Origin: Octopus bimaculoides
Taxonomy: Eukaryota
Length of the DNA: 64,000 bases
Reading direction: 5' to 3'
NCBI RefSeq assembly: GCF_001194135.2
Contig: NC_068981.1
Coordinates: 71,756,360 to 71,820,359 of the forward strand
Shown one piece after another: positions 60,780-64,000 of the stretch (its first letter is position 1; every line of letters begins with the position of its first letter). The translations under genes and the position numbers were made by a program. The notes below the pieces were generated by a model that was given only the letters and a program-made list of their open reading frames with translations, had not been told where the DNA came from and did not search any database.

Positions 60780-61190
60780 AAATGTTTGACACCTAAAGAA
60801 TTTCAAATGCAAAAGCAGCAATTCCTATGGGCTACCCAAAATACACAACAATAAGACTATAAGTGATGATTGTAAAAATATAAATCCAAACATATCAGAG
60901 TACCATCTGAAGACAATTTGAAACTCAGAGTAATCATAGCAGCACCTGCATATGAAACAGAGACTAAGCAACAGGACATCTTACCAAAACCTTTCTTAAA
61001 GCACATACAAAGTTTTATTCAAGATGATCTGGATTTACCTGATCACTTATCAAACATAGTGAATCAAAATAAAATTATTATTTCTTTTTACATTATTAAT
61101 CTAAATACCAATATTCCCCATGACTATAGAACAAATGCTATAAAATACTGGTTAGAAAGCAAGTTAAAAAGACTTCATACATCAAAATGA
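60780..61190 (+). mobile_element. Decayed Penelope-like element reverse transcriptase, N-terminal motifs
   Basis: YGLPKIH (from 60826), then LKLRVIIAAPAYET...DILPKPFLKHIQSFIQDDLD...IISFYIINLNTNIPHDY...AIKYWL. Confidence 0.8.
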
Positions 61191-61857
61191 AATGTTACAA
61201 TTTCTTTTTGTCTCTTAATATTTCTAAAAAGATTACAAGAATTCTTTTAATGTTATTGTGAATTTTCATTCATTTTTTGCTTTTATATGCATCTTGTATG
61301 GAAAGCACTATTCATTATATATAAATGTATATATATTCATATATATGTATGTATGTTCATGCATTCATGAAAAGCTATAACACTACACAAGACCAAGCTA
61401 GACAAAAGTGTTTGCTGATAAGACAAGTTACCTTATATAGAATTCTTCAATATAACTTGACTACAGAACCTATATTTATAACAAAATATAGCACAGAAGA
61501 CATTGCCTCATTCCTCAGATCCCACACTTTTTTTTTTTGAAACTGCTATCTTCTGAAGATCCTTTTCTAAATCTTCATTTTCCTGCAGTTATAGACTTAG
61601 AGAAACGTTTATTATCCCAATCTCACTAGTTGAACAAAAAAACAGAACATACACGCATGCATGAGTAAATGGTTTAGGAATTAAATTATACACGAGAAAT
61701 GTAAGAATTGAAAAATGTGTTTTTACTCTTTGTCTCCTAGATCATAATAAGTGATAACAAATACGATCAAAAGAAAGGTATGTTGCTTCAACTAATGAGA
61801 TTAAATTCTCTATGAACAGAAGCAGAAGAGTAATTTTTGAGATTAGCTTGCATTACA

Positions 61858-61992
<135 letters not shown>

Positions 61993-62305
61993 CCATGCAT
62001 GTCTGCATGCATGTCTGCATGCATGTGTATGTGGGTTTGTATCTGCATGCCTTCATATGTATACTGCTTTGGCAATGGTGACACTTGTTTATGTTTACCG
62101 TAAACAATATGTCATGTAGCTAGGCAATTTGTTGTGTGAATTCTGCTCAAAGTACAATTTTTGTTTGACTACTATATTGTTGTATATATCAAAGGTACTC
62201 ATTATCCCAAACCCAGCTAAATATAGTATACACAAAGGTGTGGTTATGTTGCCCATATTCTTCCTTCTCACATTAATTATCTATTCACAAGTATTTTTAA
62301 CCATA

Positions 62306-62387
62306 GTAAAATGACAAAACAACACAATCTCTATGGTAAAATGACAAAACAACACAATCTCTATGGTAAAATGATAAAACAACACAA
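62306..62387 (+). repeat. 30-nt tandem repeat, about 2.7 copies
   Basis: Unit GTAAAATGACAAAACAACACAATCTCTATG. Confidence 0.9.
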
Positions 62388-63886
62388 AGAAAATTTGTGC
62401 ATATACATCCCTCAGCTTTGTAGCACTGGACTCTGCCTACACATGAATGATACAAAATCAAAATCTTTGGAATTACTACAAAGCCAACCCTTACACTCAC
62501 TGAAGATTTGTTGTGATGATATAACATTATGATATATATAATATTATGATATCTGCATCCAAAAGACTGTATTTGCTTTTCAGTTTGAAAAAATATTTAG
62601 ATCTCTAATAAGTTCCTGACTATTCACAAATCAAAAATGCAATCCATATTGGAATAATGTTCACATATATGGAGTGTTGCAACAGTCGTATTCATAAGTA
62701 ACCTAAGTTACATGTAAATATAAAGATATTTGTTTATTTGTCAAAGATTCCATTACCAATGCACTACACCTATCTCTTTGAAAAATCTACAGTTTTTTTC
62801 CTTTGCCTCTTTTATCATTGTCACATGGGGTGCTATGTGTCAATGTCAAAACATCTACATGGTAAACTGACCTGATAGAATTAACAGCCAAATCATCTTT
62901 AAAAATCACACTATATTGTCTTTAAAATAAATCACAATGGAAAGTGCAGCCTTGGATACATTGTATCAGAAAAGATGACAGGATGACCACTACTAGAAAA
63001 TTAGTCAAACAACAAAAACTCAACTAAGAAAAATACAAATCAACATGCATATCAATAGCAAATATAACAGAATTCAGAGGTGTAACTGTACAAAACTTGC
63101 AAAAAGAAAGTTGAAAAGGTATGGAGACTTTAAGCAGTAAGATTAGCATGGAGGCCCTTGTTCCAGACATGAATGAAAGTTTTATGATGTCAAGGGAAAT
63201 CACATATGTTTAGTAAGCCAAATATTAGGAAATACAGCTATTAAAGCTGAATAAGTTGGTTGTATGAATCTACAAGCTCTGTTCTAAGTTACTAATCATG
63301 ATACATGTGCTACCATATTCTTTCCATTATTTCCTCTTGTTATTTTGCCAAAAGAATTCTTCAGTCATGAATCAGAAGTAATGCACACCCAGATAGTATT
63401 CTTTCTTGCATGTGAACTGAAAGTATAAGTAATTGTTTTGGCTGTTTTTTTCCTTTTGCTACCTTATTCCATCATAACATGGAAAATTTAAAAGAAAAGC
63501 ATTTTTCTAGGCTTAAACCTAAATAAATTTGAATTAAGCATTCCTTCTCCTAGTCTACAAGAATGTTCATAGCAATAAAAAAAAAAAAAGAAAAAAAATT
63601 TTTAAATGCTTATATCGACAGTGGCAGCTGCTTCTTATGCTCACTTTTAGATGGAGTCTTTTATATAACAATAAGCAGCTGATAACATTAAGCTGCAGAT
63701 ATAACATTACCTGAGCTTTGATTCTAATAAAGGGATACTTTTAAATTTATTTTAAATAATGTCTAAAGTATACTAATTTTGATAACAATAGCTGTTTAAT
63801 AGCAGTAGTCATGATTATAGATCATGGATAATGTTATCAAACATACAAAATAAGTAGCTCTCATGGAACAGTACAATAGATATATA

Positions 63887-64000
63887 GGGAGAATTCACAA
63901 AAAAACTAAAGACGAAGACAGGTGGTGTAGAAAACAAACAGATGTATTAGTATAACACTCAGGAATTCAAAACAGTCTTCAACATTTCGAGCCTATGCTC
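63887..64000 (-). mobile_element. Second PLE terminal repeat copy, truncated by the window end
   Basis: Minus strand GAGC-ATAG-GCTC-GAAA-TG-TT-GAAGA...CACCACCTGTCTTCGTC...AATTCTCCC. Confidence 0.65.

Noticed and set aside
63310-63435. Strong-looking minus-strand acceptor (cttatactttcag) as an upstream exon of the giant-exon gene
   Set aside because: All three frames close within about 55 nt unless a weak GTGTGC donor is used; it could be UTR but cannot be supported.

Overview
AT-rich, intron- and repeat-dense animal genomic DNA, most likely an octopus. That assignment is inferred from the SINE/RTE repeat families and microsatellite density, not proven. Two convergent genes are present. (1) The 3' part of USP47 on the + strand: 21 coding exons from 243 to the stop at 27741, which I spliced by hand into 977 uninterrupted codons running from the USP His box through the UBL region to the C-terminal [11 protein letters not shown] motif. 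(2) On the - strand, one giant terminal exon (47684-53635) encoding 1983 aa of mostly low-complexity, probably disordered protein that I cannot assign to a family; its upstream exons are not securely identified. The rest is mostly transposon debris: RTE LINE fragments and their short 3' tails, tRNA-derived SINEs, piggyBac- and mariner-type MITEs, a Chapaev3-like transposase remnant, and Penelope-like element (PLE) pieces. The most notable items are the orphan 5.95-kb exon, a PLE terminus carrying a fully foldable but degenerate minimal hammerhead-ribozyme motif (plus a second partial copy at the window edge), and three long fold-back elements. There are two assembly gaps (26518-27215, 55107-55398). 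No prokaryotic features or CRISPR array were seen.
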